Below are positions 49,777-59,299 of a DNA stretch of 64,000 nucleotides, piece after piece (within the stretch, counting starts at the first letter, position 1; every line of letters starts with the position of its first letter). The notes below the pieces were generated by a model. It was not told where the DNA came from and did no database searches. It saw only the letters and a program-made list of their open reading frames with translations. Source of the stretch: Bacilli bacterium. Lineage in GTDB: Bacteria > Bacillota_I > Bacilli_A > ML615J-28 > CAG-313. Both the position numbers and the translations under genes were made by a program. Location: contig DAOSEC010000008.1 of NCBI GenBank assembly GCA_035362935.1, positions 12,823-76,822 of the forward strand, read 5' to 3'.

Positions 49777-50489
49777 TATGATCTCCTAACCCATGGGTCA
49801 TCCTCATCATCTTCTTCGGCTTGTTTTGTTTTATTTTTTGATGGTTGATCTTTCCATGGATCTGATTCTTTTTCTACATCAACAACTTCTACCCATGATT
49901 TCATACTTTCAATTTCTGCGAGTTTGTGTTGGATCATATCAAACGAGGATGGCACGACTCTTGTGCTCGCAATCTTATCGTGAAATCCCATTCCTTCTTT
50001 TGAAACAAGCGTAGTGATTAACACAACAATTTGTATGATGGATGTAATAAATCCGATGATATAACTTGAAGCAATAAATGCAATCATACCTTCACTATTG
50101 TTAACGTCTTTTGGCAAATAAAACAATATGAATCCGCTAATCAAAGCCATCCATAATGTAAAATTTCTTATCACGTGTTGATAAAATTTCACTGGTTCAT
50201 ACTCTTTGTTTAATACTTTTAGATGAAATACTTTTTTGAATATTGTTTGACCTTTCATCAATTGTGGAATCACACTAAAGTAAAGAAATGCGAATACAAT
50301 ATTCGAAATTAAGATTGGAAGTGTTACTACCCCAAGAATGGTGTTCTCATCCACATTTGAAAGATCTCCATTTTGAAATATTTGCAGAAGTGAAAAAGCT
50401 CCACCCACAATTGTCGCAATTAAACTATAAACAAGATTGTCAATGATTGCAGCTACTAGCCGTTCTCCTCTAATATCCTTCAGGTTCAT
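49776..50489 (-). CDS. RDD-family membrane protein with acidic C-terminal tail
   Basis: 237 aa. RLVAAIID…-type RDD signature and 3 TM helices. Confidence 0.55.
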   Translation of the reverse strand: MNLKDIRGERLVAAIIDNLVYSLIATIVGGAFSLLQIFQNGDLSNVDENTILGVVTLPILISNIVFAFLYFSVIPQLMKGQTIFKKVFHLKVLNKEYEPVKFYQHVIRNFTLWMALISGFILFYLPKDVNNSEGMIAFIASSYIIGFITSIIQIVVLITTLVSKEGMGFHDKIASTRVVPSSFDMIQHKLAEIESMKSWVEVVDVEKESDPWKDQPSKNKTKQAEEDDEDDPWVRRS

Positions 50490-51720
50490 CTACTTCACCT
50501 TCTTCTAGCTCATCCACAAACGAAACTGTTTTTATTCTTTCAAATTGTGATGATATTTTTTTACTTGAAACATTAATATCTTTGGTATCTTTAACCACTT
50601 TTTCAATTGATTTTTCCAGTGAGTTCCAACGTTCTGCGTACAGTTTAAAGTCTTTACCTAGTTTATCTAACTCTTCAAAAATTAGTTTTGCATATTTTGT
50701 TTTTTGTGCATCTCTGATTAATACTTGCAACACTCTTAATAATGCCATTAGAGTCGTTGGTGATGTGAGAATAACTTTCTTCTTTTGAGCATGATCGATG
50801 ATGTCTGTGTGATAAGCATTGATCTCAGAGAAGACTGCTTCAGCAGGTAGAAATAGTATTGCTTGAAACGATGTTTCTTCTTCAATAATATATTTTTTTG
50901 CAATATCATCTATGTGTTTTTTTACATCACTCTTGAATAGTTTTTTGCTGTCTTCGCGTTCTTTGTCTGATAGTTCTTTGTCCATCATTCTACGATAATT
51001 TTCTAGTGGAAACTTTGAATCAATCGGAACACTACCATTGGTGTCAGGCAAGTGAATGATTGCATCAACAATGCTACCATTACTTAATTTCTTTTGTGTT
51101 TCGAACAACTTTCCTTCCGCTTCTCCAAACACTGCGTGTAGTATTTGTTTTAACTGAACCTCACCAAAATTTCCTCGCGTTTTTTTGTCTGTTAGTACAT
51201 CTTGTAACGACACAATGTCGGTTGATAAACTTTCAATTTTTCGTTGAGCTTCTTTGATTTCCGCGAGTCTTTCGGTTACGGATTGAAATGTATCTGTTGT
51301 TGTTTTAAAACCATCTTTTAGTCGTTGTTCAACACTTGCGTTAATCTTTTCTAATTGCTCGTTTACGTTTTGAACAATACCAATTCTACTCTCAGTAAAC
51401 TCTTTTTGAATGATTGCAAGTTTATCCAATACTTGAGTTAACTCTTCGACATTTTCTTTTGTGGATTTATCAAGACGTTCTTCGAGATTGGTTCTAATAC
51501 GATCAATTTGTTCGTTTAAATTTTTGTTGATTAAGTTGGTTGAACTTACATTCATTTCTGATTGATTTTTCACAACTTCAAAACTAATTTTGTTTTTCAT
51601 TTCTTCTATGTTTAATGGTTGTTCTTTTTTTCGGATTAACACAATAAACATAGTAATTGTTCCTGCGATTAAAACAACAACTAATCCTAAAATAATATTA
51701 ACAATTAATTCTATATCCAT
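50470..51720 (-). CDS. rmuC: DNA recombination protein RmuC
   Basis: 416 aa. N-terminal TM, long coiled coil, C-terminal RmuC nuclease-like domain. Confidence 0.75.
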   Translation of the reverse strand: MDIELIVNIILGLVVVLIAGTITMFIVLIRKKEQPLNIEEMKNKISFEVVKNQSEMNVSSTNLINKNLNEQIDRIRTNLEERLDKSTKENVEELTQVLDKLAIIQKEFTESRIGIVQNVNEQLEKINASVEQRLKDGFKTTTDTFQSVTERLAEIKEAQRKIESLSTDIVSLQDVLTDKKTRGNFGEVQLKQILHAVFGEAEGKLFETQKKLSNGSIVDAIIHLPDTNGSVPIDSKFPLENYRRMMDKELSDKEREDSKKLFKSDVKKHIDDIAKKYIIEEETSFQAILFLPAEAVFSEINAYHTDIIDHAQKKKVILTSPTTLMALLRVLQVLIRDAQKTKYAKLIFEELDKLGKDFKLYAERWNSLEKSIEKVVKDTKDINVSSKKISSQFERIKTVSFVDELEEGEVDEPEGY

Positions 51721-51729
51721 CTTATCCTC

Positions 51730-52536
51730 CTATGTGTGATAGATGTGACGGTTACCGGTTGCATCAGTATACGCATACAAATAAATATACGTGTTAGGAC
51801 TAACAATTAAGTCTAGTCCAGATACAGGACCTCTATCATAATCCAAATGAAATCCGGCTTGCTTGTATGCTTGAAACACCAAGTCAGTACAACCTTTTTT
51901 GTTTTGGCGATCGATGATAAGAGTGTAGTTGAAATCTTGTCCTAAAAAAGTTTTGGCTTGTTCTACGGCTTCATTGTAATCTTCCATAGTTGCATCTTTA
52001 ACTCTAACTCCAATGATATCGCCTCTTAAGTTGTGCCATCTATTTACATCTGTACGTACCGCCTTAACGAGTTGCTCATTCCCAAGTCCTATTTGGCTTC
52101 CAACAGCGTGAATGATGGAAGAACCGTCATCTTCAGAGACAAGCACAACATGACCTCCCCAAACAGCACTTAAGAAACTACCTAACATAAATGGAGGGTC
52201 CACATCATATTGTCCGTCGTGATTTCTATCATAAGCAAATGGGTTTTCGTTTGTAATTAGGATATCACCTTTTTTACCAAAAAACGGGTCTGCCGGACTT
52301 GTGAAAAGTGGTTTCGATAACTCTCCATCTTTCAAAGCGACTTGGTAATATGTTATCGTTCTAACTGCACTTCCTACTGAATAAGAGACTTCTCTTGTTG
52401 CGATAACTTCTCTACTCATAAACTCTTGTAGTTGTTGATCAACTATCATATTTTGAGCTGTGATATAAACACTAGTCGCAACTAAAAATAAAAATATACT
52501 AACAACGATTCCACTTATAATCTTAATCGCTTTCAT
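51730..52536 (-). CDS. hypothetical membrane-anchored protein, possibly a permuted papain-like (YiiX/C92-type) hydrolase
   Basis: 268 aa. N-terminal TM. A conserved-looking His (SIIHAVG) precedes a Cys (KKGCTDLVFQAY). The assignment is weak. Confidence 0.4.
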   Translation of the reverse strand: MKAIKIISGIVVSIFLFLVATSVYITAQNMIVDQQLQEFMSREVIATREVSYSVGSAVRTITYYQVALKDGELSKPLFTSPADPFFGKKGDILITNENPFAYDRNHDGQYDVDPPFMLGSFLSAVWGGHVVLVSEDDGSSIIHAVGSQIGLGNEQLVKAVRTDVNRWHNLRGDIIGVRVKDATMEDYNEAVEQAKTFLGQDFNYTLIIDRQNKKGCTDLVFQAYKQAGFHLDYDRGPVSGLDLIVSPNTYIYLYAYTDATGNRHIYHT

Positions 52537-52683
52537 AATCGTCCTCCAAACACATCCTCAATATCTCTTTTTTTAAATCTATTGTGATTATATCAAATTA
52601 TTCTCCTTTTTAAAATAAAAATCATAACTAAATTCTGCTGCTAAAAAACAAAAACACGATTGTGCATCGTGTTTCTTGGTTTG

Positions 52684-53301
52684 TTATTTTGGTTCCACAA
52701 TCAAATATCGATTTGGTTCTTCGCCTTCTGATCTTGTTTTGACAACCTTTGATTCAGATAACTTATTATGAATGATTCTGCGTTCGTATGCATTCATAGA
52801 GTCGATTTTAACTGGCACTTTTGTTGAGTTCACTTCACGAGCAATACGATCTGCCATCGCTTCTAATTGCATTTCGCGTTTTTTCTTATATCCACCTACA
52901 TCAATTTTAACAATTTTTTGATCTTCTTTGTCATAGTATAAATTTACAAGAATGCTAACTAGTGTTTGTAGTGATACTAGGTATCTTGAATTTTTACCAA
53001 TCAAAAATCCGTTTTCAGAATCAGCATGAATATCAAATTCTACGACATTACCGCGAACTCTTTTTTCAATTTGACCTTTGATTTTATTTTGTTTTAAAAT
53101 CATTTCAAGATAGTCTTTTCCAATCTTTATTCCATCACCAACAACGGTTGCTTTGATTTCTAATTTTGAACCAATACCTAAAAATCCTTTTTTATCGGTT
53201 ACTGTTTCAAATTCGATGTGTTCTAATGCAACACCAAACTCTTTCACAGCAACTTGTTTTACGTCTTCTAATGTAATTCCATTATATAATTTTTCTTTCA
53301 T
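52684..53301 (-). CDS. jag: Jag/KhpB (KH + R3H RNA-binding protein)
   Basis: 205 aa. Conserved position downstream of yidC. R3H-like C-terminus. Confidence 0.8.
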   Translation of the reverse strand: MKEKLYNGITLEDVKQVAVKEFGVALEHIEFETVTDKKGFLGIGSKLEIKATVVGDGIKIGKDYLEMILKQNKIKGQIEKRVRGNVVEFDIHADSENGFLIGKNSRYLVSLQTLVSILVNLYYDKEDQKIVKIDVGGYKKKREMQLEAMADRIAREVNSTKVPVKIDSMNAYERRIIHNKLSESKVVKTRSEGEEPNRYLIVEPK

Positions 53302-53311
53302 AAAACCATCC

Positions 53312-54712
53312 TTATTTATGTTTCGCCATTAATTTTAACATTCTTTGATCGCTAAACTTTTGACCAATGTATGTTTGTGCAGCAGAATAAATATTACCTA
53401 TTAACCAGTAGAACCCCAAACCTGCTGGACTTTGTAATACAAACACAGCCATCATGAGTGTCATAAAGTACATCATCATTTGTGTTTGTTTTTGAATGTT
53501 TTGTGTTTGTTCTGTTTGTTTTTTTCTATAGTCAGGAACATCACTTTGTGCTTCGTTTCTTAGTTTCTTCTGACGTTTCATCATTAACCATTGCATTAAT
53601 AATTGAGTCGCAACAACTAATAGTGCTAAAATCCAAATACCAATTTTTTGTGCAGTATCTGTTTGGCCTAAGAATAAATCCACTCCTAAAACTTTTGTTA
53701 AAAAGTTTCCATTTGAACTCCAAGTGTCTGGTGCTCTTCGAATGACATTATAAATACTTAAGAAGATTGGCATTTGTAAAAACGGTAATAAACATCCACC
53801 AATTCCAACTTTATACTTTTTGTATAGTTGTAAGGTTTCCATTTGCATCATGCGTTGTGATTCTGGATCTTGTCTTCCGGCATATTTTTCTTGTAACTTC
53901 GCTTGTTCTGGCTGCATGATTTGCATCTTTAATGTCATGTCGTTTGTTTTGGCATAAATCGGCCATGCCAATGTACGAATAATGATTGTGGTAAAAATAA
54001 TACCTATTGCGTATAATCCACCAAACAAATCTGAAATAAATTTAAGCATCATCCCAACCGGATAAACAAAGAATTTATCGAAGAATCCCCCGTCAAAAAC
54101 AATTGGTGTTAAGTTTGGTAACACTTCTTCTGTAAAGCGAAAATCGTCAAGATAGAACGTTCCTGTTTCTGATGCATCCGTTGTTTCGTATCCAATTGCA
54201 AAACCAGTTAAGTCACTTGCCTTTTTTCCTGCTTCAACATCTGTAATTTTAACGTGTACGTATCCACCATATGATTTGACTTCAGAAACATCGACTTCTT
54301 TTACTGCTTCCCCATCGCTCCACACTAATTTAACTAATAGGTTTTCAATGGTTCCTTTGTACCAAAACGAAAAATAAATATGTTGATTTGTAATATCTTC
54401 AATATTAATTGTGCTTGAAACAAATTCAGTACCAACTCCATTTGATCCATAAGTAAAAGCAAGACCTTTTCCTTGTCTAACTCCACCTTCTTGTGTGAAT
54501 GAAATGGAAGTACCATCTTGTGTAACATTGTCAAACAAATGTTGAAAGTCGCTTCGAATTTCTTCGGATGAGTTGTACTCGTACAACGAGTTAATTTCGA
54601 GTGGTTTTGTTTTAGGGACTGCTTGTGTACTACATCCAGAAAGAATGGTAGTCAGCCCTAAGAATAACACAAGGATCAAGAAATATTTGATTCGTGTTTT
54701 ATGTGTTTTCAT
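53312..54712 (-). CDS. yidC: membrane protein insertase YidC (lipoprotein form) with ~200-aa N-terminal extracytoplasmic extension
   Basis: 466 aa. Lipobox LSGC. The C-terminal ~260 aa are the YidC/Oxa1 core. The N-terminal extension is beta-rich (…FYLDDFRF…). Confidence 0.8.
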   Translation of the reverse strand: MKTHKTRIKYFLILVLFLGLTTILSGCSTQAVPKTKPLEINSLYEYNSSEEIRSDFQHLFDNVTQDGTSISFTQEGGVRQGKGLAFTYGSNGVGTEFVSSTINIEDITNQHIYFSFWYKGTIENLLVKLVWSDGEAVKEVDVSEVKSYGGYVHVKITDVEAGKKASDLTGFAIGYETTDASETGTFYLDDFRFTEEVLPNLTPIVFDGGFFDKFFVYPVGMMLKFISDLFGGLYAIGIIFTTIIIRTLAWPIYAKTNDMTLKMQIMQPEQAKLQEKYAGRQDPESQRMMQMETLQLYKKYKVGIGGCLLPFLQMPIFLSIYNVIRRAPDTWSSNGNFLTKVLGVDLFLGQTDTAQKIGIWILALLVVATQLLMQWLMMKRQKKLRNEAQSDVPDYRKKQTEQTQNIQKQTQMMMYFMTLMMAVFVLQSPAGLGFYWLIGNIYSAAQTYIGQKFSDQRMLKLMAKHK

Positions 54713-55087
54713 TTATTGTGTTTCCTCCGATGAATTTTTATTTGTTGTTTTTCGTAATACGGGTGATTTTGCATTTCGTAGTAGTTTTTCTAACTGTTCT
54801 TTTTTTTGTAAATATGGCAACTCTTCTGATGCTTTTTTTACAACAATTACCAAAGAAACATCTTCTAGGGAGTTGAGCATTGGTCGCACAATTTCTCGTA
54901 CAACTCTCTTTGCATAATTACGCTCTACTGCGGTTCCATACTTCTTTGAAACCGAGATCGCAATTTTCGCAGTTTGTCCACCGACTAACTTTCGATAAAC
55001 AACATAATACTTATTCCCTAAACTTTGTCTTAAATCTACAATATTTTTGATATCATGGTTTTTTGTTAATCTAAATCTTTTTTTCAT
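54713..55087 (-). CDS. rnpA: ribonuclease P protein component
   Basis: The ORF extends to 55135, but the start is taken at MKKRFRLTKNHD. Conserved rpmH-rnpA-yidC order. Confidence 0.8.
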   Translation of the reverse strand: MKKRFRLTKNHDIKNIVDLRQSLGNKYYVVYRKLVGGQTAKIAISVSKKYGTAVERNYAKRVVREIVRPMLNSLEDVSLVIVVKKASEELPYLQKKEQLEKLLRNAKSPVLRKTTNKNSSEETQ

Positions 55088-55189
55088 GTGTATCACCCAA
55101 AATAAAAACCTCTTGCTTGCAACTAAATTTGACAAACAAGAGGTCCAAGAAAATGTTTATTAAGTTTTTCTTTTTTTGCTTTAATAAAA

Positions 55190-55324
55190 TTAAGCTGATA
55201 ATACTTCTCTACCTTTTCGACGTCTACGCGATAAAACCGCTCTTCCGCCTGGCGTTGCCATTCTCGCGCGAAAACCGTGTGTTTTACTATGTTTACGTTT
55301 ATTAGGTTGGTATGTTCTTTTCAT
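55190..55324 (-). CDS. rpmH: 50S ribosomal protein L34
   Basis: A 44-aa ORF absent from the ORF track because it is under 60 aa. Hand translation gives [44 protein letters not shown]. Confidence 0.85.
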   Translation of the reverse strand: MKRTYQPNKRKHSKTHGFRARMATPGGRAVLSRRRRKGREVLSA

Positions 55325-55358
55325 ATGAGCACCTCCCAATCAAAAACCATGCTGCTAC

Positions 55359-55387
55359 ATTGTATAATAACTTAACCCAAATGTCAA
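55359..55387 (-). promoter_or_regulatory. rpmH promoter (TTGACA-17 nt-TACAAT)
   Basis: Revcomp 55382-55387 is TTGACA and revcomp 55359-55364 is TACAAT. Confidence 0.45.
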
Positions 55388-55413
55388 CTGTTTTTGTTTT
55401 TAATTATAATGCA

Positions 55414-56346
55414 TTAATATGTTGGTAAAGTAGTGACAGGAAACTTATAGAAAAATGTCTCACTTTGTCCATTGGTGAATGTTATCTTTAATTCAAAATA
55501 TAAGTCAGTAGGATTATAGTCGATGCGAAGATCCCCGTTAAAGGTTGCAAGTGCTTTTAGTAAGGATCCTCTATACTCTACATATTTCAATGTGTTAGTA
55601 ATGTTTTCATTTGTGTCACTTTCGTGATTTTCAATCATCATAAATCCAACAAGAGAGATGGAATTTACTTCTTGATTTGTTTTCGGGCTTATGATTAACT
55701 GAACTCTTCTGGTTGTGGATGAAGTTAATCTTGTTCGTAGTGTCATTGAGATATAGTCATTGCTAATAACTCCACTTGTTGTTTGACTTGGGGTGGTATA
55801 TTGTGAAGTTGTTTGAGTTAACTCCTGCTTTAAATTGACTTTAATTTTTAATTCTTTTTCTGTTTTCTCAGAGTTGTTTTCTATGACTTCGTATATTACC
55901 TTTATATACACTGTTTTTGGTGTTTCATTTGGAGTGTTGTTGATTGTTTTTCTGAGCACGTTTGGTTTCCAGTTCGTAACTGTATTTGTGTTTTGTGGTA
56001 CATCTTCTTTAAAAAGATGTTTTCCCTCTGTGGTAACAATGGTATAGTACACAATAGTGCGATTTATTTCGATTTGGTCTTTTGCGTTAATTACAGTATA
56101 AAAACTATAGTAAGCAATCTCGTTTGCTCCCGACAATGATCTTGTTTCATTCACTCGAAAATTCACATGAATATCGTTGTTTTCATAAATTTCTTTGAAC
56201 TCTTTGTAAGGGTTGTTTGCGTTCTCAACTAAACTAACTATCCCGAATGTGATAAGACCAAGAATGATTGTGATAAATAAAAATAAAAATGTTTTTGTAG
56301 TTTTGTTCAGTTTGTTGATTGTCTCGATAATTGTCATTTCATTCAC
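55414..56346 (-). CDS. hypothetical N-terminally anchored T/N-rich protein inserted between rpmH and dnaA
   Basis: 310 aa. One N-terminal TM. Thr/Asn/Gln-rich extracellular part. No family recognised. Confidence 0.5.
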   Translation of the reverse strand: MNEMTIIETINKLNKTTKTFLFLFITIILGLITFGIVSLVENANNPYKEFKEIYENNDIHVNFRVNETRSLSGANEIAYYSFYTVINAKDQIEINRTIVYYTIVTTEGKHLFKEDVPQNTNTVTNWKPNVLRKTINNTPNETPKTVYIKVIYEVIENNSEKTEKELKIKVNLKQELTQTTSQYTTPSQTTSGVISNDYISMTLRTRLTSSTTRRVQLIISPKTNQEVNSISLVGFMMIENHESDTNENITNTLKYVEYRGSLLKALATFNGDLRIDYNPTDLYFELKITFTNGQSETFFYKFPVTTLPTY

Positions 56347-56573
56347 TCCTTTTGGTTCGTGTTCATTTTACTTTAAGGGCTTGTTTTTTGCAAGTAGTTT
56401 TTCCACTTTTCCAAATGTGCAAAAGTTTTGACAAATTATGGAAAAGTGAATAAGGTGATATTTTTTGTAAAACTCTGTGGAAAACTTAAAATTGCAGGTT
56501 TTTTATTTTATTGTTTATTATTTTTTTTCTTTGTGGTATTATTAAAATGATGAAATTTTAATGAGGTGGTAGT
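56347..56573. promoter_or_regulatory. oriC part 1: DnaA-box cluster upstream of dnaA
   Basis: DnaA-box variants TTTTCCACT (56399-56407), TGTGGAAAA (revcomp TTTTCCACA, 56476-56484), TATGGAAAA (56437-56445) and TGTGGTATT (56532-56540), embedded in AT-rich DNA. Gene strand bias switches here. Confidence 0.6.
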
Positions 56574-57980
56574 ATGAGGTCAGGAAAAGAGTTGTGGGAT
56601 TTAGTAAAAAATCAGTTAAAGTTAGAGATGGCTTCGACAGATTTTTCTGAAATTTTCGATCCAATAACTGAAATACATAAAATACACAACAAATATATTT
56701 TTTTAATTGTTCCAGATATTTTAACAAAATTTCGTATTGAAAAATTCTATTTGGATACAATGAATAAGTTATTAGTGCAAATTGAAGAAGATAAACACAA
56801 CTTTAAATTAATAACAAGAGAAGTCGCTGACAAAGAAAACTCAGACAACCAAAAGCTTGGTTTAACAAGTGTGGACTCAGTAGACAGACAAGTCAGTAAA
56901 CGAAACCTAAGGAGTGAGTATACATTCGACAATTTTGTTACCGGTGAGTCGAACCGTTTTGCATGGATGAATGCAATCAAGGTTGCAGAGAGCCCTCATG
57001 TAACAGTCAATCCTCTTTACATCTTTGGGGATGTTGGTCTAGGGAAAACACATTTGATGATGGCAATTGGACACTACATATTAGATAACAACATCCACGC
57101 TAACGTTGTTTATACTACCGCTCAACAATTTGCTGAAGATTACTTTTTAGCAACCAACAAAAAAAACATTAACGATATTGAGAAGTTTTACAATTATCAT
57201 CGAGCAGCTGATATTTTACTAGTTGATGATATTCAATTTTTAAGTGGCAAGAACTCTACACAAGAAGAATTCTTTAAAGTGTTTGAACATTTATTTGAAA
57301 CAAACAAGCAAATTGTTATTACATCAGATAGAGCAGCAAGTGATTTAGAGAATATGATGGCAAGACTTAAGTCAAGGTTTGCATGGGGAATGCTCGTAGA
57401 TATTAAAAGCCCCGATCTAAACCTAAGAATATCTATCTTGAAAAGAAAATTAGCATTCTTGATTCCAAATCCAATAGATGTTCCTAATAATGTATTGGAG
57501 TTTATTGCAACAACATTTGATCAAAATGTAAGAGATTTAGAAGGTGCTTTAAGAAGATTTGTGTCTTTTTGTGTTTCGTTTAATTTGCCTTTTACATTAG
57601 AAAGTGCAAAGCAATCATTAGAAGGAATCACACCTAAAAACAAATTGGATTCATTTGTAACAAACGATACCAATATTGATAAAATAAAACAAACAGTTGC
57701 ATCTTATTATAAAATAACTGTTTCTGACTTAGAATCAACAAGTAGAAAACAACACATAACATATCCAAGACAAGTTGCGATATATTTGATTCGGTCACGC
57801 TATGACATTCCTCTAAAAAAGATTGGTGAGTTTTTTGGAAACAGAGATCATGCTACAATATCACACTCTTATGATAAAATTATTAACGATATTAATTCGA
57901 ATTTACAAATCAAAAATGACATTAACATTATAGAGTCTAAAATCGAGGAAAGTTTAAAGAAAAAAGAAAAAAATAATTAA
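56574..57980 (+). CDS. dnaA: chromosomal replication initiator DnaA
   Basis: 468 aa. AAA+ (GDVGLGKTHL) and a C-terminal DnaA-box binding domain. Confidence 0.95.
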   Translation: MRSGKELWDLVKNQLKLEMASTDFSEIFDPITEIHKIHNKYIFLIVPDILTKFRIEKFYLDTMNKLLVQIEEDKHNFKLITREVADKENSDNQKLGLTSVDSVDRQVSKRNLRSEYTFDNFVTGESNRFAWMNAIKVAESPHVTVNPLYIFGDVGLGKTHLMMAIGHYILDNNIHANVVYTTAQQFAEDYFLATNKKNINDIEKFYNYHRAADILLVDDIQFLSGKNSTQEEFFKVFEHLFETNKQIVITSDRAASDLENMMARLKSRFAWGMLVDIKSPDLNLRISILKRKLAFLIPNPIDVPNNVLEFIATTFDQNVRDLEGALRRFVSFCVSFNLPFTLESAKQSLEGITPKNKLDSFVTNDTNIDKIKQTVASYYKITVSDLESTSRKQHITYPRQVAIYLIRSRYDIPLKKIGEFFGNRDHATISHSYDKIINDINSNLQIKNDINIIESKIEESLKKKEKNN

Positions 57981-58117
57981 AATCATGTTTCATTATTTAT
58001 TTATTTATGGTATAATATAGCTATGAAAAATGTGGTGTTTTACATGTTTTCCACATTTCCACACACCCTAATAATAAAAACTAATTTAAAAGAATGAAAT
58101 AGGAGGTAGTTTCTGGT
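57981..58117. promoter_or_regulatory. oriC part 2: dnaA-dnaN intergenic region with DnaA boxes and an AT-rich unwinding-like stretch
   Basis: The AT-rich run ttatttatttatttatgg (58002-58019) overlaps the -10 TATAAT at 58011-58016. DnaA boxes: TGTGGTGTT (58031-58039), TTTTCCACA (58047-58055) and ATTTCCACA (58055-58063). Confidence 0.6.
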
Positions 58118-59242
58118 ATGAAATTTACTATTAATCGAGATTTATTACTTTCAGAATTAAATCATGTGTCGAAAGGGTTGTCTACAAAAACTCCTATGCC
58201 AATACTAACTGGTATAAAAATTGCTGTAGAAATGGATGGATTAACGCTAACAACCTCAAACACTGAAATATCCATTCAAGTTAAGATTCCAAAGTCACAA
58301 TACCTAACTATAGAAGAAGTTGGTGAGTGTGTTGTTCCTGGTAAATACTTTTTAGAGATTATTCGTAAGATTGATGCTAGAGACGTTGACTTCGCAATTT
58401 TCGAAGAAAATATGATTAAGATTCTTGCAGACAGGTCAAACTTTACATTGATTGGATTAGATAAGGATGATTATCCATTGATTAATTTTAACGATTCTTC
58501 TGAAAATGTTGTTCTTGATGGAAACACTTTAAAACAAATAATCAAACAAACTTCATTTGCTACAGGTGTTAGTGAAACTAGAATTATACTAACAGGGATT
58601 TCGTTTGTAATAAATGAAAATCGCCTGACCGCAACTGCAACAGATAGTTTTAGATTGGCGAAAAAAACAATTAAGTTACCTAAAAATTATGAGAAAATTA
58701 GCGTTGTTGTTCCTTCAAAAGCATTAGATGATTTGAATAAAATCATCGATGATGCAGACGAAAAAGTTTATGTTCACCTTATGAATAATAAAGTTTTATT
58801 TAAATATAAAAACATTTCATTCCTAACTCGACTTATTGAAGGTACTTACCCAGACACATCAAGTTTAATTCCAAAAGAATTCTTTACAGATTTGAAATTT
58901 AATAAGCAAGAGCTTATTTCAGCGATTGATCGTGCAGCTTTATTCACTGTGTTGGATGCTGCAAACATAGTTAAATTGACTTTAAAGAGCGATAAAGTGG
59001 TCGAAATTGCTTCTAATTCTAACGAAATCGGAAAAGTCGTAGAAGAAGTTTATCCAACAGAGTGTAGTGTGTTAAAACCGTTCCAAATCGCGTTTAGTTC
59101 AAAATACTTCTTAGATGCTATAAAATCGTTCGATTCAAATGAAATTACAATCCATTTTACAGGAGAAATTAAACCTTTTGTTGTAAGTGGAGAATATGAT
59201 CCAAATTTAACCCAATTAATCCTTCCAGTAAGGGTTTCATAG
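58118..59242 (+). CDS. dnaN: DNA polymerase III beta sliding clamp
   Basis: 374 aa with the three-domain beta-clamp pattern. Follows dnaA. Confidence 0.9.
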   Translation: MKFTINRDLLLSELNHVSKGLSTKTPMPILTGIKIAVEMDGLTLTTSNTEISIQVKIPKSQYLTIEEVGECVVPGKYFLEIIRKIDARDVDFAIFEENMIKILADRSNFTLIGLDKDDYPLINFNDSSENVVLDGNTLKQIIKQTSFATGVSETRIILTGISFVINENRLTATATDSFRLAKKTIKLPKNYEKISVVVPSKALDDLNKIIDDADEKVYVHLMNNKVLFKYKNISFLTRLIEGTYPDTSSLIPKEFFTDLKFNKQELISAIDRAALFTVLDAANIVKLTLKSDKVVEIASNSNEIGKVVEEVYPTECSVLKPFQIAFSSKYFLDAIKSFDSNEITIHFTGEIKPFVVSGEYDPNLTQLILPVRVS

Positions 59243-59254
59243 CAAAAAAGACAT

Positions 59255-59284
59255 CAAAAAACCACCTTTCGGTGGTTTTTTTCT
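59255..59284. terminator. bidirectional terminator between dnaN and parA-like gene
   Basis: aaaaaccacc-tttc-ggtggttttttt. Confidence 0.65.
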
Positions 59285-59299
59285 GCTTTTAAGGTATAA

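Noticed and set aside
55190-55324. Apparent frameshift / in-frame TGA near the start of rpmH, which would have hinted at a homopolymer error or genetic code 4.
   Set aside because: Careful re-indexing shows four T's (…ctttt|cat…), not five. The gene translates cleanly to the universal L34 sequence [44 protein letters not shown].
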